64,000 bases of DNA from an uncultured Lachnospiraceae bacterium (GCA_934351255.1 CAKRJH010000003.1:120588-184587), one strand, 5' to 3'; shown: positions 20,928 through 29,654, numbered from the stretch's first letter. A program made the numbers and translations. Notes: a model not told the origin generated them from the letters alone.

Positions 20928-22548
20928 CATCCGCTTTATGGTGGTCCTTGGCCATCGTACAGGCTCCGGACTGGCTCATTCCGATCCCATGTCCAAATCC
21001 GCCGCCATAGACCATCAGTCGGTCTCCGGCCACCCGCACGTAAAAGGCATTGGACGGCAGCATGGTCTGACCGGCCTGACGCAGTCCCCCGGTCAATGTC
21101 AGGGATCCATCCGAAATCTGCAGGATCCGCCGCATCACCGTGGTATCTGAGATCACGCGGCTGGTGTCTCCTATGATCCGAATTTCTTTGACCAGACCGC
21201 TCTTCGTCCGTCCGGTCACTTCCACTCCGGTCACATTGGCCACACCGCTTCTTGCGGAAATCTCCGACAAATTGACATGTGCATTCCAACGGTACCAGAT
21301 GTCATCGCTGTCATACATTTTCCAGTCACATTTCCGGATAAATTCCTCAAAATCCTGATTATCAGACAGATCCACTTTCTTCTCAGCCTGGTCTGCCGTC
21401 GTCTTTTCCTTGCCATCCCGGAGCTGCCATCGGCCAGTCAGATATTTTTCCTCTCCGCCCCATACCTCAGACGCATCCGCACTGTGCCCCCAGGAGGTCG
21501 CATAGTAATAGGTAGCCGCAAGATTATTTTTGTAGAGCAGCACCTGCCCCACCGTCTGCCGTACCGCCCGTATGGTACTTTTCGTCTCAGCAATGTTATT
21601 GTATACCTGAAAGGTCGTGCTGTCGTCCAGATCGGCCTGATACTGCGGATAACGGTTCCCGTCAAGCTGACGAAGCGCATAGCTTCTCGCACAGATGGCC
21701 TGCGCCTTGAGCGCCTCCAGCGGTGAACCGGTTCCGATCTCACTGGACACTACACTGTACAGATACTGTCCCAGTGTCACCTGGCTGACTACCGCCAGGC
21801 CGTCCTCGTAACCGGTAATGTCCAGCACGCCCCGATAACTCGGGTGTCCACAGGTTCGGGTGATGCTGCTTAACTGTAGCCTTCCATGGTCACTGCCCAC
21901 CCGGACTGTCTGACTGCCGTCCTCTCCGAGCTCTCCCATTGAAAAATAAATCTGTTCTCCTGCGCTGCAGTCATGCCGCACCCCATCTTTTTTGTAGTAA
22001 AATGCCTTGTCACAGGTAATGACAACCTCCCGGTGCAGCAATGCCTCATAGCCATCCGTCTTGATCAGGACACGGATCTTTCTGGCATCGATCTTCTTCG
22101 CCCGCTTTTTCTGGCGCACAAGCTGCTCCTGACGCTGCTTTTCCTGTCTGGCCGCGATCTTCTCCTGCTGCGCCTGATACAGCCGCTCCGACAGCACGCA
22201 CAGAAATAGCAGCACCACAATACACGGTACTGCCACTCTCCAGTCTGATATATCAAATTTCTTTTGTGGCTTCCTCTTGGAAGATTTTCCGGTCATCCGC
22301 CGAGCAGACACTCCGGACTTTCTGCGGAACTGCGACGTTTTGCGTGTGGAGCGGATGCCTGCCGTGCTCCGCTTTCCGGCTGTCCCTCTCCGGCTCCGGC
22401 CGGATGCATTGCTTCGGCTCCCGCCGGTTGTCCTGCTTCGGCTCTGGCCGGTTGCCCTGCTTCGGCTCTGGCCGGTTGTCCTGCTTCGGTTCTGGCCGGT
22501 TGCCCTGCTTCGGCTCTGGCCGGATGGCCGTTTCTTTGTCGTGCTCAC
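20863..22548 (-). CDS. SpoIID/LytB-domain protein with an N-terminal Ser/Arg-rich repeat region and a TM anchor
   Basis: The C-terminal two-thirds is SpoIID-like (...AICARSYALRQL..., ...YYATSWGHSA...). The N-terminus is (T/A)GQ(S/N)RSR repeats followed by a TM helix. The track start is GTG. An internal ATG at about 22296 would exclude the repeats from the coding region. Confidence 0.7.
   Translation of the reverse strand: MSTTKKRPSGQSRSRATGQNRSRTTGQSRSRATGQSRSRTTGGSRSNASGRSRRGTAGKRSTAGIRSTRKTSQFRRKSGVSARRMTGKSSKRKPQKKFDISDWRVAVPCIVVLLFLCVLSERLYQAQQEKIAARQEKQRQEQLVRQKKRAKKIDARKIRVLIKTDGYEALLHREVVITCDKAFYYKKDGVRHDCSAGEQIYFSMGELGEDGSQTVRVGSDHGRLQLSSITRTCGHPSYRGVLDITGYEDGLAVVSQVTLGQYLYSVVSSEIGTGSPLEALKAQAICARSYALRQLDGNRYPQYQADLDDSTTFQVYNNIAETKSTIRAVRQTVGQVLLYKNNLAATYYYATSWGHSADASEVWGGEEKYLTGRWQLRDGKEKTTADQAEKKVDLSDNQDFEEFIRKCDWKMYDSDDIWYRWNAHVNLSEISARSGVANVTGVEVTGRTKSGLVKEIRIIGDTSRVISDTTVMRRILQISDGSLTLTGGLRQAGQTMLPSNAFYVRVAGDRLMVYGGGFGHGIGMSQSGACTMAKDHHKADAILSFYYPGCHVGYPKTKKGN
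22401..22520 (-). repeat. 5 x 24-bp tandem repeat (CCGGTTGYCCTGCTTCGGYTCTGG) encoding GQSRSRxT units
   Basis: The direct repeats are visible in the sequence. They lie inside the 5' end of the SpoIID-like ORF. Confidence 0.7.
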
Positions 22549-22573
22549 TCTTTCTTAGCCCCTTTTACCATGA

Positions 22574-23284
22574 TCATCTCATATACAGATATTTTTCCAT
22601 CCGTGCCGCCACAATCTGCGTCGTATCGCGGATAAATGCGGCCGCCCTCTCATACGTGTAATATTTCGGAGTCTCGACAGGTTTCTCCTCATCAAAGAAG
22701 AAATCCAGCACCCAACGCGCACTGTCCTGAATCTCCTGTGCACTCACAAGCCCCGGGATCTCAATGTCCGGAACCTGGCTCAGCCATTCTTTGACCTGTC
22801 TCATGCCGGCGGCCTCCCTGGCCAGTCTCCGGTCGATCTGGTTCACATCATATGAAAAATGCGTAAAGGTCTCCATATCGTACTGGGTCAGTCCCAACGC
22901 ATCCTCGATCTTCTCCATAAACTCAGGACGAACTGTCAGCATAAACACCTCGTCGGTCAGAATGTGGGTCACATAGCCCAGATACAGATCCAAATCCGGC
23001 GTCTCCTCCTGACAGAAATGATCCACAAACATACAGATTCTCTGATGAAATTTCTCCTGATTGCGCGGAAATGCAAAGTCCGCGTCCGCAATGCCATCCC
23101 GGAAATGGGTGTGCATCTTCATCGGACGCTTATAATCCGGTCTGGACATCACGCTGTCCGGGCACAGATTGCCCAGCATAAAACGCTGTCTGTCCTGAAT
23201 ATGTATATCCTCGGGATTATCCCTCTTACTCCATCGTTCCAGTAAATTCCAGGCTACCACAAAATGTTCTACTGATCCTGCCAT
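22574..23284 (-). CDS. hypothetical protein, possibly of the zinc-dependent phospholipase C-like (DUF4184) family
   Basis: SVEHFVVAWNLL...GNLCPDSVMSRPDYKRPMKMHTHFRDGIADAD resembles that family. Low confidence. Confidence 0.45.
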   Translation of the reverse strand: MAGSVEHFVVAWNLLERWSKRDNPEDIHIQDRQRFMLGNLCPDSVMSRPDYKRPMKMHTHFRDGIADADFAFPRNQEKFHQRICMFVDHFCQEETPDLDLYLGYVTHILTDEVFMLTVRPEFMEKIEDALGLTQYDMETFTHFSYDVNQIDRRLAREAAGMRQVKEWLSQVPDIEIPGLVSAQEIQDSARWVLDFFFDEEKPVETPKYYTYERAAAFIRDTTQIVAARMEKYLYMR

Positions 23285-23349
23285 CGTATTCTCGTTTTCC
23301 TTTCCCGGCCTGCCGGCTCCGTGCCACAGGCAGCATATTCTATGTTATA

Positions 23350-24396
23350 TCAATATGACTCGTCACCGATCTTATAACCGGCGGTCTTCACCAGATAGGT
23401 CATCGCCTCCACCGGATACCGGCCCGCTGCCGTCTCACCGGTCAGCATCAGTGCCTGAGCTCCCTGTCTCACCGCCTGGTAGATATCACTGACCTCCGCT
23501 CTGGTAGGAACCGGTGTCTCCTGCATCGAATGAAGCATCTGTGTCACCACCATAAACGGTTTTGCCGCCTCACGGCATCGTCCGGCGATCCTCTCCTGCC
23601 ATGCCGGCAGTTCCCACAAAGGCATATTCATGCCGAGATCTCCACGGGCGATCACGATCATATCACTGTCGGGCAGGATCTCATCCAGTGCATGGATTCC
23701 CTGCCTGTTCTCAATCTTTGAAAAAATGCGTACCTGCGAACATCCTCTCTGATCCAATGTCTGCCGCAAATTCTTCACATCATGTCCTCCACGGACAAAC
23801 GGAAGCATCACAGCATCCACACCACACTGCACAAACAGCGTCATATTCTCCAGATCCTGTCTGCACAGCGTCGGAAGATCGATCTCGATCCCCGGAAGAG
23901 ACAGACTCTTGCGCGAGCCCAGAGTCCCTCCCTGCTGCACCAGACAATGCACAACGTCCCGCTCCACGCGTGTCACACGCAGACGGATCAGCCCATCATC
24001 CAGCAGGATCTCCTGCTCCGGCTCCAGATGACCAGGCACCGGATCCGGCACACAGATCACGCTGTGTCTGCCGTCCCCACTGTCACTCTCCATCGCCATA
24101 GCGGACTCAGAGATCAGCACCACATCCTGTCCTTCTTCCAGCATAAGCGGCTGCGCCAGTGCCCCAATCCTGAGCTCCGGCCCCTGCAGATCCACCAGGA
24201 GCTGACAGTCTCTGCCGGTGCGTTCCCGGACCTGCTGCAATGCCTCCAGCCAAGGGCCGGCCTGTCGCAGACTCAGGTGAGAGAGATTCAGCCGAATCCC
24301 CGTCATCCCACAGTCAAGCAGCGCCTCCAGCGTCTCCACTGTATGGCAGCTCTCCCCAAATGTTCCGTAAAACTCCATACGCATCTCCGATTTCAT
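23350..24396 (-). CDS. pyruvate-kinase-family protein, short form lacking the C-terminal allosteric domain
   Basis: ...GMTGIRLNLSH..., KIENRQG, IARGDLGMNMP and MLTGETAAGRYPVEAM match PK core motifs. The 348-aa length is well below a typical PK. Confidence 0.6.
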   Translation of the reverse strand: MKSEMRMEFYGTFGESCHTVETLEALLDCGMTGIRLNLSHLSLRQAGPWLEALQQVRERTGRDCQLLVDLQGPELRIGALAQPLMLEEGQDVVLISESAMAMESDSGDGRHSVICVPDPVPGHLEPEQEILLDDGLIRLRVTRVERDVVHCLVQQGGTLGSRKSLSLPGIEIDLPTLCRQDLENMTLFVQCGVDAVMLPFVRGGHDVKNLRQTLDQRGCSQVRIFSKIENRQGIHALDEILPDSDMIVIARGDLGMNMPLWELPAWQERIAGRCREAAKPFMVVTQMLHSMQETPVPTRAEVSDIYQAVRQGAQALMLTGETAAGRYPVEAMTYLVKTAGYKIGDESY

Positions 24397-24477
24397 ATTC
24401 TACCAGTTAGTATACCACAAAACCAAAGACCTTCCTATGCATTTTTCAAATAACACACAACAAATATAGAAGAAAAA

Positions 24478-24512
24478 AGCACCCTGTACAACAGAGTGCT
24501 TTTCACTGCATA
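24478..24512 (-). terminator. rho-independent terminator downstream of the antitoxin-like gene
   Basis: Minus strand: GCACTCTGttgtaCAGGGTGC followed by TTTTTT. Confidence 0.5.
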
Positions 24513-24526
24513 GCCTATGCTACTGT

Positions 24527-24547
24527 AAGCTGAAAAAGGGACTTGAA
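24527..24547. repeat. 21-bp direct repeat of the tRNA-Thr 3' end (att-like); the second copy is at 25323-25343
   Basis: aagctgaaaaagggacttgaa is identical at both positions. The flanking bases differ. Confidence 0.7.
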
Positions 24548-24568
24548 TATCTAATACGGTAATTCCCT

Positions 24569-24826
24569 TTAAACATTGACTGCCTCCCTCATTTTCGCAA
24601 ACATCTCCTCATGGGTATAGCGTTCTGTGATCTCTTCTGCCATCCTATCCGCAACATCTAATGCATCCTCAACAGATTCCGTCAGCTTTGAGTATGCCTC
24701 AATGCTCATGACTACCATTGATCCATATCCGTTTTTCGTCAAATATACAGGTTCACCGTTTTTTACAGTGGTCTCGATTTCCGTAAACTTATTTCTCAAA
24801 TCTGAAACAGGTCTAATCTCTATCAT
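24569..24826 (-). CDS. Phd/YefM-family antitoxin-like protein (orphan; no adjacent toxin gene seen)
   Basis: MIEIRPVSDLRNKFTEIETTVKNGEPVYLTKNGYGSMVVMSIEAYSKL. ATG 24826 has SD AAGGAGGAG 5 nt upstream. Confidence 0.55.
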   Translation of the reverse strand: MIEIRPVSDLRNKFTEIETTVKNGEPVYLTKNGYGSMVVMSIEAYSKLTESVEDALDVADRMAEEITERYTHEEMFAKMREAVNV

Positions 24827-25100
24827 AAGCTCCTCCTTATCATAATTTTGATAAAATTGTGCCATCCTTATTATATACAACTTATCGAAAATTAGCAACC
24901 GATGTTCAGGACAATCTCATAAAGAATCAACACTGTCAAAAAACGTCCCTCGACTTTAAGAAGAAAAAGACAGACCATATTTGCTATTTCTCAGTGTGAG
25001 CATTTCCTGTTCTGTAAACTTTCTGTTTGCCATAATTTCCTCCAATTCATTTTTATTGTAATATCAATCTGAATCGGAGTCAAAAAAGCGATTTTGTCCA

Positions 25101-25260
25101 AAATAAAGGGGTTCATCAAAACCATGTCCGAATTTAAGGGTTCCCTGTAAACTCATTGTCTAGATTTAAGGGTTTTCATTAAAACTTACTGTCCAATGGT
25201 AAGGGTTTTAAAAACTCAAACTGTCTAATCTATAGGGTACATTTTACTGCACTCTATCAG
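25101..25260. repeat. five iteron-like direct repeats of about 32 bp, consensus a.ttTAAGGGTTt....aaac..a.TGTCy
   Basis: Cores recur at about 25105, 25134, 25166, 25199 and 25231, each followed by ...TGTC(C/T). The block is non-coding and lies between the tRNA and the antitoxin-like gene. Confidence 0.55.
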
Positions 25261-25271
25261 GAAGTTGCCCT

Positions 25272-25316
25272 AAAATAATAAAAAGCCTTAGAAACACTGA
25301 ATTTCTAGGGCTTTTA
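25272..25316 (-). terminator. terminator hairpin immediately 3' of tRNA-Thr
   Basis: AAAAGCCCTAGAAA-loop-TTTCTAAGGCTTTT (one mismatch) followed by TTTTTATTATTTT on the minus strand. Confidence 0.45.
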
Positions 25317-25323
25317 TATCGAA

Positions 25324-25396
25324 GCTGAAAAAGGGACTTGAACCCTCGACCCCTTCATTACGAGTGAAGTGCTCTACCAACTGAGCTATTTCAGCA
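25324..25396 (-). tRNA. tRNA-Thr (anticodon CGT)
   Basis: The reverse complement folds as a cloverleaf: GCTGAAA-TA-GCTC-AGTTGGTA-GAGC-A-CTTCA-CTCGTAA-TGAAG-GGGTC-GAGGG-TTCAAGT-CCCTT-TTTCAGC-T. The anticodon loop has CGT. Confidence 0.85.
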
Positions 25397-25542
25397 TTTG
25401 TCAGTCTCGTACTACGAAACCGACAATCTAAAGTATACTTGGTATTCTCTTATTTGTCAATAAAGCAAATGGTTTTTCTTTGAATCCTGAAATGAAATTT
25501 TAAGTTGATTAACCATTTTACATTTTCCCATCACTATGTTAT

Positions 25543-25992
25543 TTAACATTTATCAAATGCTTCTTGAAAAATAACATTTAAAGCATCATAAAATGCATGC
25601 TCTTCTTTTTGATTTTTAGGTCCCAAAAGAGCTTTTCCAAGAACACCCATCTGCCGAGTTGATACTTCTCTTCTCCAGTTTTTGCTGTCTCCGATCATAT
25701 ATTGTGTCAAATAACAACCATTTTCATTATTGTCTAATGCAAACGCATATCCATAATAATCGTTCATATGCATCGTATTATATATTGTAATACATGGATA
25801 CACTCTTCCAAAAAGTCCTTTTTTCTTACATTCATCTTTGGTAATCGTTAAATTAATTCCATTCAGCTCTGCCAAGTCCGATATAATCTGTGCAAACAAA
25901 TCTAATGAAAAATCACCTCGACAAAATAATGGATTACCACAAATTCTTTCATCTAATACTTTAATCATTTTTTCTTTCGATGTATAAAACAT
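25543..25992 (-). CDS. hypothetical small protein, candidate immunity protein for the upstream nuclease
   Basis: 149-aa ORF directly downstream of the nuclease-like gene (toxin then immunity order). No family recognised. Confidence 0.4.
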   Translation of the reverse strand: MFYTSKEKMIKVLDERICGNPLFCRGDFSLDLFAQIISDLAELNGINLTITKDECKKKGLFGRVYPCITIYNTMHMNDYYGYAFALDNNENGCYLTQYMIGDSKNWRREVSTRQMGVLGKALLGPKNQKEEHAFYDALNVIFQEAFDKC

Positions 25993-26198
25993 CTGCTCCT
26001 TTCTACATAATATACAAGTTCAGGTTAGATAACGTATTTCCTCCTTTCTGTAGCTTTGTTAAATTTATCGTCTGTTCAAACGATATTTATCCTCATAAAA
26101 TGCCATTCCTATTTGGGCACTCTTACAAGCATCTGAATCTCAATATTCCGGATTTCCGTAAAGTAAATCCAATTCTGGTGAACAAACATCGCAATAAT

Positions 26199-26651
26199 TT
26201 ATATATCGTCTGCTTCTTCCGAAAGTTCAAACTCTTCTTCATTTAGATTTTCATTTGTTAAAGAAAAAACTTCTTCTTGTTTTTGACCTCTTTGATCTGT
26301 AATCGTATAGCGTCCCATTATTGCATGTGGACGCTTCGTATTATCCTGATAATACGGTTCAATTTCGACATGTACTTCATTACCGCGCTCTAATTCATCA
26401 GCCCAGGTGTTTTCAAATGTTTTATATGCACTCCGGTTTATAAAACGATTCTGTGCAATCAAATTATTTAATTCACCACTTCCACCAAAGCGGCTGCCGA
26501 TCAAATGTCCTCCATCGTCTGTATCACGCCGAAATTCACCTCCTGCTTTTAATTGAGCAGAAGTATCTCTTACCCCCTGTTCCAAGCGCAAATCTCCCTC
26601 CGCCAAAATAATTCTTCCCTCATCATCTTTTTCATATGAATATCCATTCAT
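26199..26651 (-). CDS. small HNH/EndoVII-superfamily (GH-E-like) nuclease toxin-domain protein. It may be the C-terminal part of a frameshift fusion with the upstream acidic ORF.
   Basis: ...DDGGHLIGSRFGGSGELNNLIAQNRFINRSAYKTFENTWADELE... resembles polymorphic-toxin nuclease domains. There is no SD before its ATG. The ORF continues in frame upstream for 12 codons, up to the in-frame stop at 26688-26690; that stretch includes the A-run. Confidence 0.5.
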   Translation of the reverse strand: MNGYSYEKDDEGRIILAEGDLRLEQGVRDTSAQLKAGGEFRRDTDDGGHLIGSRFGGSGELNNLIAQNRFINRSAYKTFENTWADELERGNEVHVEIEPYYQDNTKRPHAIMGRYTITDQRGQKQEEVFSLTNENLNEEEFELSEEADDI

Positions 26652-26662
26652 TTCATATGAAT

Positions 26663-26992
26663 TTATCTCGTCTTTTTTTTTACATACTCATAAACCTCTG
26701 GATCTTCATCTTCCCCCATCTCCTCCCACTCATCAAGCATTTGATTTAATTCATCAGAAATATCTTGTTCTTCATAATCTTCTCTGACATCGGGTTCCAT
26801 ATCTCCTACATCTTCATAGTCCTCTGAAATGTCGACTTCATCAGGGTAATATTCTGCAACTTCATCATAGTCAATATCACTTGCATCATACTCCACATCT
26901 TTAACACCAAGCATATCATCCAACACAGGGGTATCTGCAATATCACTACCGATATCATCAACATATTCCATATCACAACTCATATCATCCAT
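26663..26992 (-). CDS. highly acidic (about 45% D/E) small protein; its 3' end contains a dnaX-type -1 frameshift heptamer
   Basis: MDDMSCDMEYVDDIGSDIADTPVLDD...EDPEVYEYVKKKTR. ATG 26992 overlaps the ATPase stop by 8 nt. It ends with GTA AAA AAA AAG ACG AGA TAA. Confidence 0.5.
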   Translation of the reverse strand: MDDMSCDMEYVDDIGSDIADTPVLDDMLGVKDVEYDASDIDYDEVAEYYPDEVDISEDYEDVGDMEPDVREDYEEQDISDELNQMLDEWEEMGEDEDPEVYEYVKKKTR

Positions 26993-29648
26993 TTTTCTCA
27001 CCGCCTTTTACAAACAGAGTAATCAGTTTAATTTTTTCCTTATCATCCATTTTATATAATTTGTCATTCAACTGAAGTTTTCGAAACAATTTAATCCTTA
27101 CACAAATAATAAATTCCCGATCATTCCTATACCCCATCGCTGCTATTTTTTTTGCAAAAAGTGATGGAATACTTAAAAACACACCTCGAATTGTTCTTTT
27201 TTTATCTGCATTCTTATATAACGCATCAGCACAAACTGCATAGGCCTCGCTAGAAATATATTCTGCATCTGCCTTGATTCTAAAATTACAACCATCACCA
27301 TATAATCCACACAGATAACACTCTTTATATGGACATAACAATTTTTGCTTATTATCCCAGTAATGCATCAATTTTCTAATCAAATCATTGTCTATGCTTA
27401 ATTTAATTTGTTTCTTTTCTCTTATATCCTCCGTCATCACAAGCTGCGGTTTATTAAATGCTGTAGAATAAACATACGCTTCACCAACTTGCAAACCGGA
27501 GAGAGTTTCTTCCATTTCTGCATCCATATTGGTACTGTTAGCAATCAGTCTTCGTTCTGATGCCTCCACAAGCCGAAACATAATTTTTGTATCTGTGGCA
27601 GCAATGATATCATGAGTCACTTTTGACGGTGATTGATCCGCAATAATAACCCCCGTTCCATACGCCCTGATTTCTTTAAGCATCCTCTGTAATGAACTCA
27701 CTGTTGATGATCCTGCAGAAATATCCGAATTATCCCCTCTTCCTTCCGGAGATAACAGAACATGTGCCTCATCAATCATCAAAACATTTTTGAGTCTGGT
27801 TCCTATACTTGAACTATTTATCTTGGTATATGCGCAAACATCAACCAACAATAACGCCATTATTAATGCTTTTTGCTCCATGTTTTCTATGGAATTCAGT
27901 TCTATAATGGTCGGTCTTGAAATTAAATCTTCAATAGGTATGGTATTGATTGAATCATAAATATTGCTATTCATATCAATTAAATTCATCAATCGCATAA
28001 CACCTGCTGTTTCCAAATTTGATTTTACATCCTTGCTATAATTTGATGTTTGAAGCAATTTCTTAAACACTAAAATAAATTCGTGTAAACCAAATATAGT
28101 AACATCCTTGTCATCAGATGTACTATAATCCTTCCACCCGTATTTCGTATAGCATCGTTGAATGGCGTTTTGGAATAATAAATCTAATGGTGATGGCATA
28201 GAAAAAGCAGCCATAAATGCACTTACCAAAACAGGTTTATATTGCTCCACCGTAATTCCTTTCAATGGAATAAACGGATTAATAATAAATGGAGAAACAC
28301 TAACATTTCCCGGTGTAAAAATTTGTATATCCGGTAGTTGTTCTATTAATGCTCTATACTCTGTCTTAGTCGGTTCGACAATCAAAAACGGAATATTTCT
28401 TTCAGCAAATTGCAACATCAAATTAATAGAAAAGGTTGTTTTACCAGTTCCTGGCATGCCAACAATCAATACATGCTTTGACAGTATTCTTTCGTTACAA
28501 CCAATAGTAATCTTTTTCAGATCTGATGATATTAATTGTCCAAACTTTATATTAGAATCACTAATAATCTCTTCTTTTAACTGTTCTCTTTGCTTTTTAT
28601 ATCTGGTTTCCTCAATACCTGACATATTTCCATCGTAAACCGGCAAACGAAAAAAAGAAATCAATTCTTCGATCGTCATCATCAGCGGAAGTCGATACAA
28701 ATAATTGGAGAGTGGAATGTATTTACGAATTTTCATATTTCTATATTTGTACATTAATAAGGCACTTACGTTCCATATATAATTCGGAAATTCATTGATT
28801 ATGCTGCCAATACTTTTTGATATATCAATACAACTCGCTTCAAAACTACCGATATTACTGTCTCCACCTTTTAAAAGGCTGATAATTTTGGCAGATAAAA
28901 CAGTACAATCTTCTTTGGTTCCAAAAACCAATAAATTGGATAAAAACATAGGTGCATCCCGATTATCTTTATAATAAGATAATACTTCAAACGGTTCCTG
29001 AGCACATGAATCCTTTAAAAGTTGTCCATTAACAGATATTCCTTTTGATAATCCCTCCAGTTCAGAACAATGTTGTACTAATATTGCGATTTCATTCTCA
29101 TACAATTTTGTTGGTAGTATACTAAACGAAACACCGCAATTCTCCATCTGACTCAAAGTATTGATCAGAGATGCCAACCCCTCAGTATTATTTGATGGAA
29201 TAATCTCAGTATAATAAAATGGACAGACACTGGATGGATTAATAACCACCTTTTCCTTTTTTTCTACAGCATATACCAAACTTTTAACATCCTGTCTCCA
29301 AAGATCATCGAACGTTTGACGGCAATGTTCTGAATCTTGACAAAAATATCCAAAATCCGATACTACATTTTGAATGTTATTTATAAGCATTTTTACACGC
29401 GATACTGCTTCTGCGCTTACGTTGTCTATCTTTCGTACAACAATATAAATATGGATTTTCGAGGCATATGATTGATTATCAACTTTCTCGGTCAACCAAA
29501 TGATTTCATAAGCAACATTCTGATTATCAAGTCTATACAACTCTCCTAAAACACTATCAAAATCTGAAATTGTGTCTGAGAAAGTAACAATTTCCAGCAT
29601 ATCAACTGCCAAGAAACGATTGTCTGCTAATTCATACACCTGTACCAT
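26985..29648 (-). CDS. FtsK/HerA/VirB4-type P-loop ATPase (DUF87-like), 887 aa, with a Cys-rich C-terminus
   Basis: Walker A VGMPGTGKTT followed by FLIVEPTKTEY (HerA-like DP.GEY). Walker B VLMIDEAHVLL. IIADQSPSKV matches the TQRP-like motif. The C-terminus carries CPYKECYLCGLYGDGCNF. Confidence 0.7.
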   Translation of the reverse strand: MVQVYELADNRFLAVDMLEIVTFSDTISDFDSVLGELYRLDNQNVAYEIIWLTEKVDNQSYASKIHIYIVVRKIDNVSAEAVSRVKMLINNIQNVVSDFGYFCQDSEHCRQTFDDLWRQDVKSLVYAVEKKEKVVINPSSVCPFYYTEIIPSNNTEGLASLINTLSQMENCGVSFSILPTKLYENEIAILVQHCSELEGLSKGISVNGQLLKDSCAQEPFEVLSYYKDNRDAPMFLSNLLVFGTKEDCTVLSAKIISLLKGGDSNIGSFEASCIDISKSIGSIINEFPNYIWNVSALLMYKYRNMKIRKYIPLSNYLYRLPLMMTIEELISFFRLPVYDGNMSGIEETRYKKQREQLKEEIISDSNIKFGQLISSDLKKITIGCNERILSKHVLIVGMPGTGKTTFSINLMLQFAERNIPFLIVEPTKTEYRALIEQLPDIQIFTPGNVSVSPFIINPFIPLKGITVEQYKPVLVSAFMAAFSMPSPLDLLFQNAIQRCYTKYGWKDYSTSDDKDVTIFGLHEFILVFKKLLQTSNYSKDVKSNLETAGVMRLMNLIDMNSNIYDSINTIPIEDLISRPTIIELNSIENMEQKALIMALLLVDVCAYTKINSSSIGTRLKNVLMIDEAHVLLSPEGRGDNSDISAGSSTVSSLQRMLKEIRAYGTGVIIADQSPSKVTHDIIAATDTKIMFRLVEASERRLIANSTNMDAEMEETLSGLQVGEAYVYSTAFNKPQLVMTEDIREKKQIKLSIDNDLIRKLMHYWDNKQKLLCPYKECYLCGLYGDGCNFRIKADAEYISSEAYAVCADALYKNADKKRTIRGVFLSIPSLFAKKIAAMGYRNDREFIICVRIKLFRKLQLNDKLYKMDDKEKIKLITLFVKGGEKNG

Positions 29649-29654
29649 ACTTTA

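Noticed and set aside
22264-22661. Three overlapping + strand ORFs with CPASALAG or RLSCFGSG repeats.
   Set aside because: They are antisense or off-frame readings of the 24-bp tandem repeat inside the SpoIID-like gene.
24956-25033. Small minus-strand ORF behind a strong GGAGGA SD (ATG at about 25033), examined as a possible missing toxin.
   Set aside because: Codon-by-codon reading gives only 16 residues before a TAG stop. It is too short and has no recognisable features, though a micro-peptide is not excluded.
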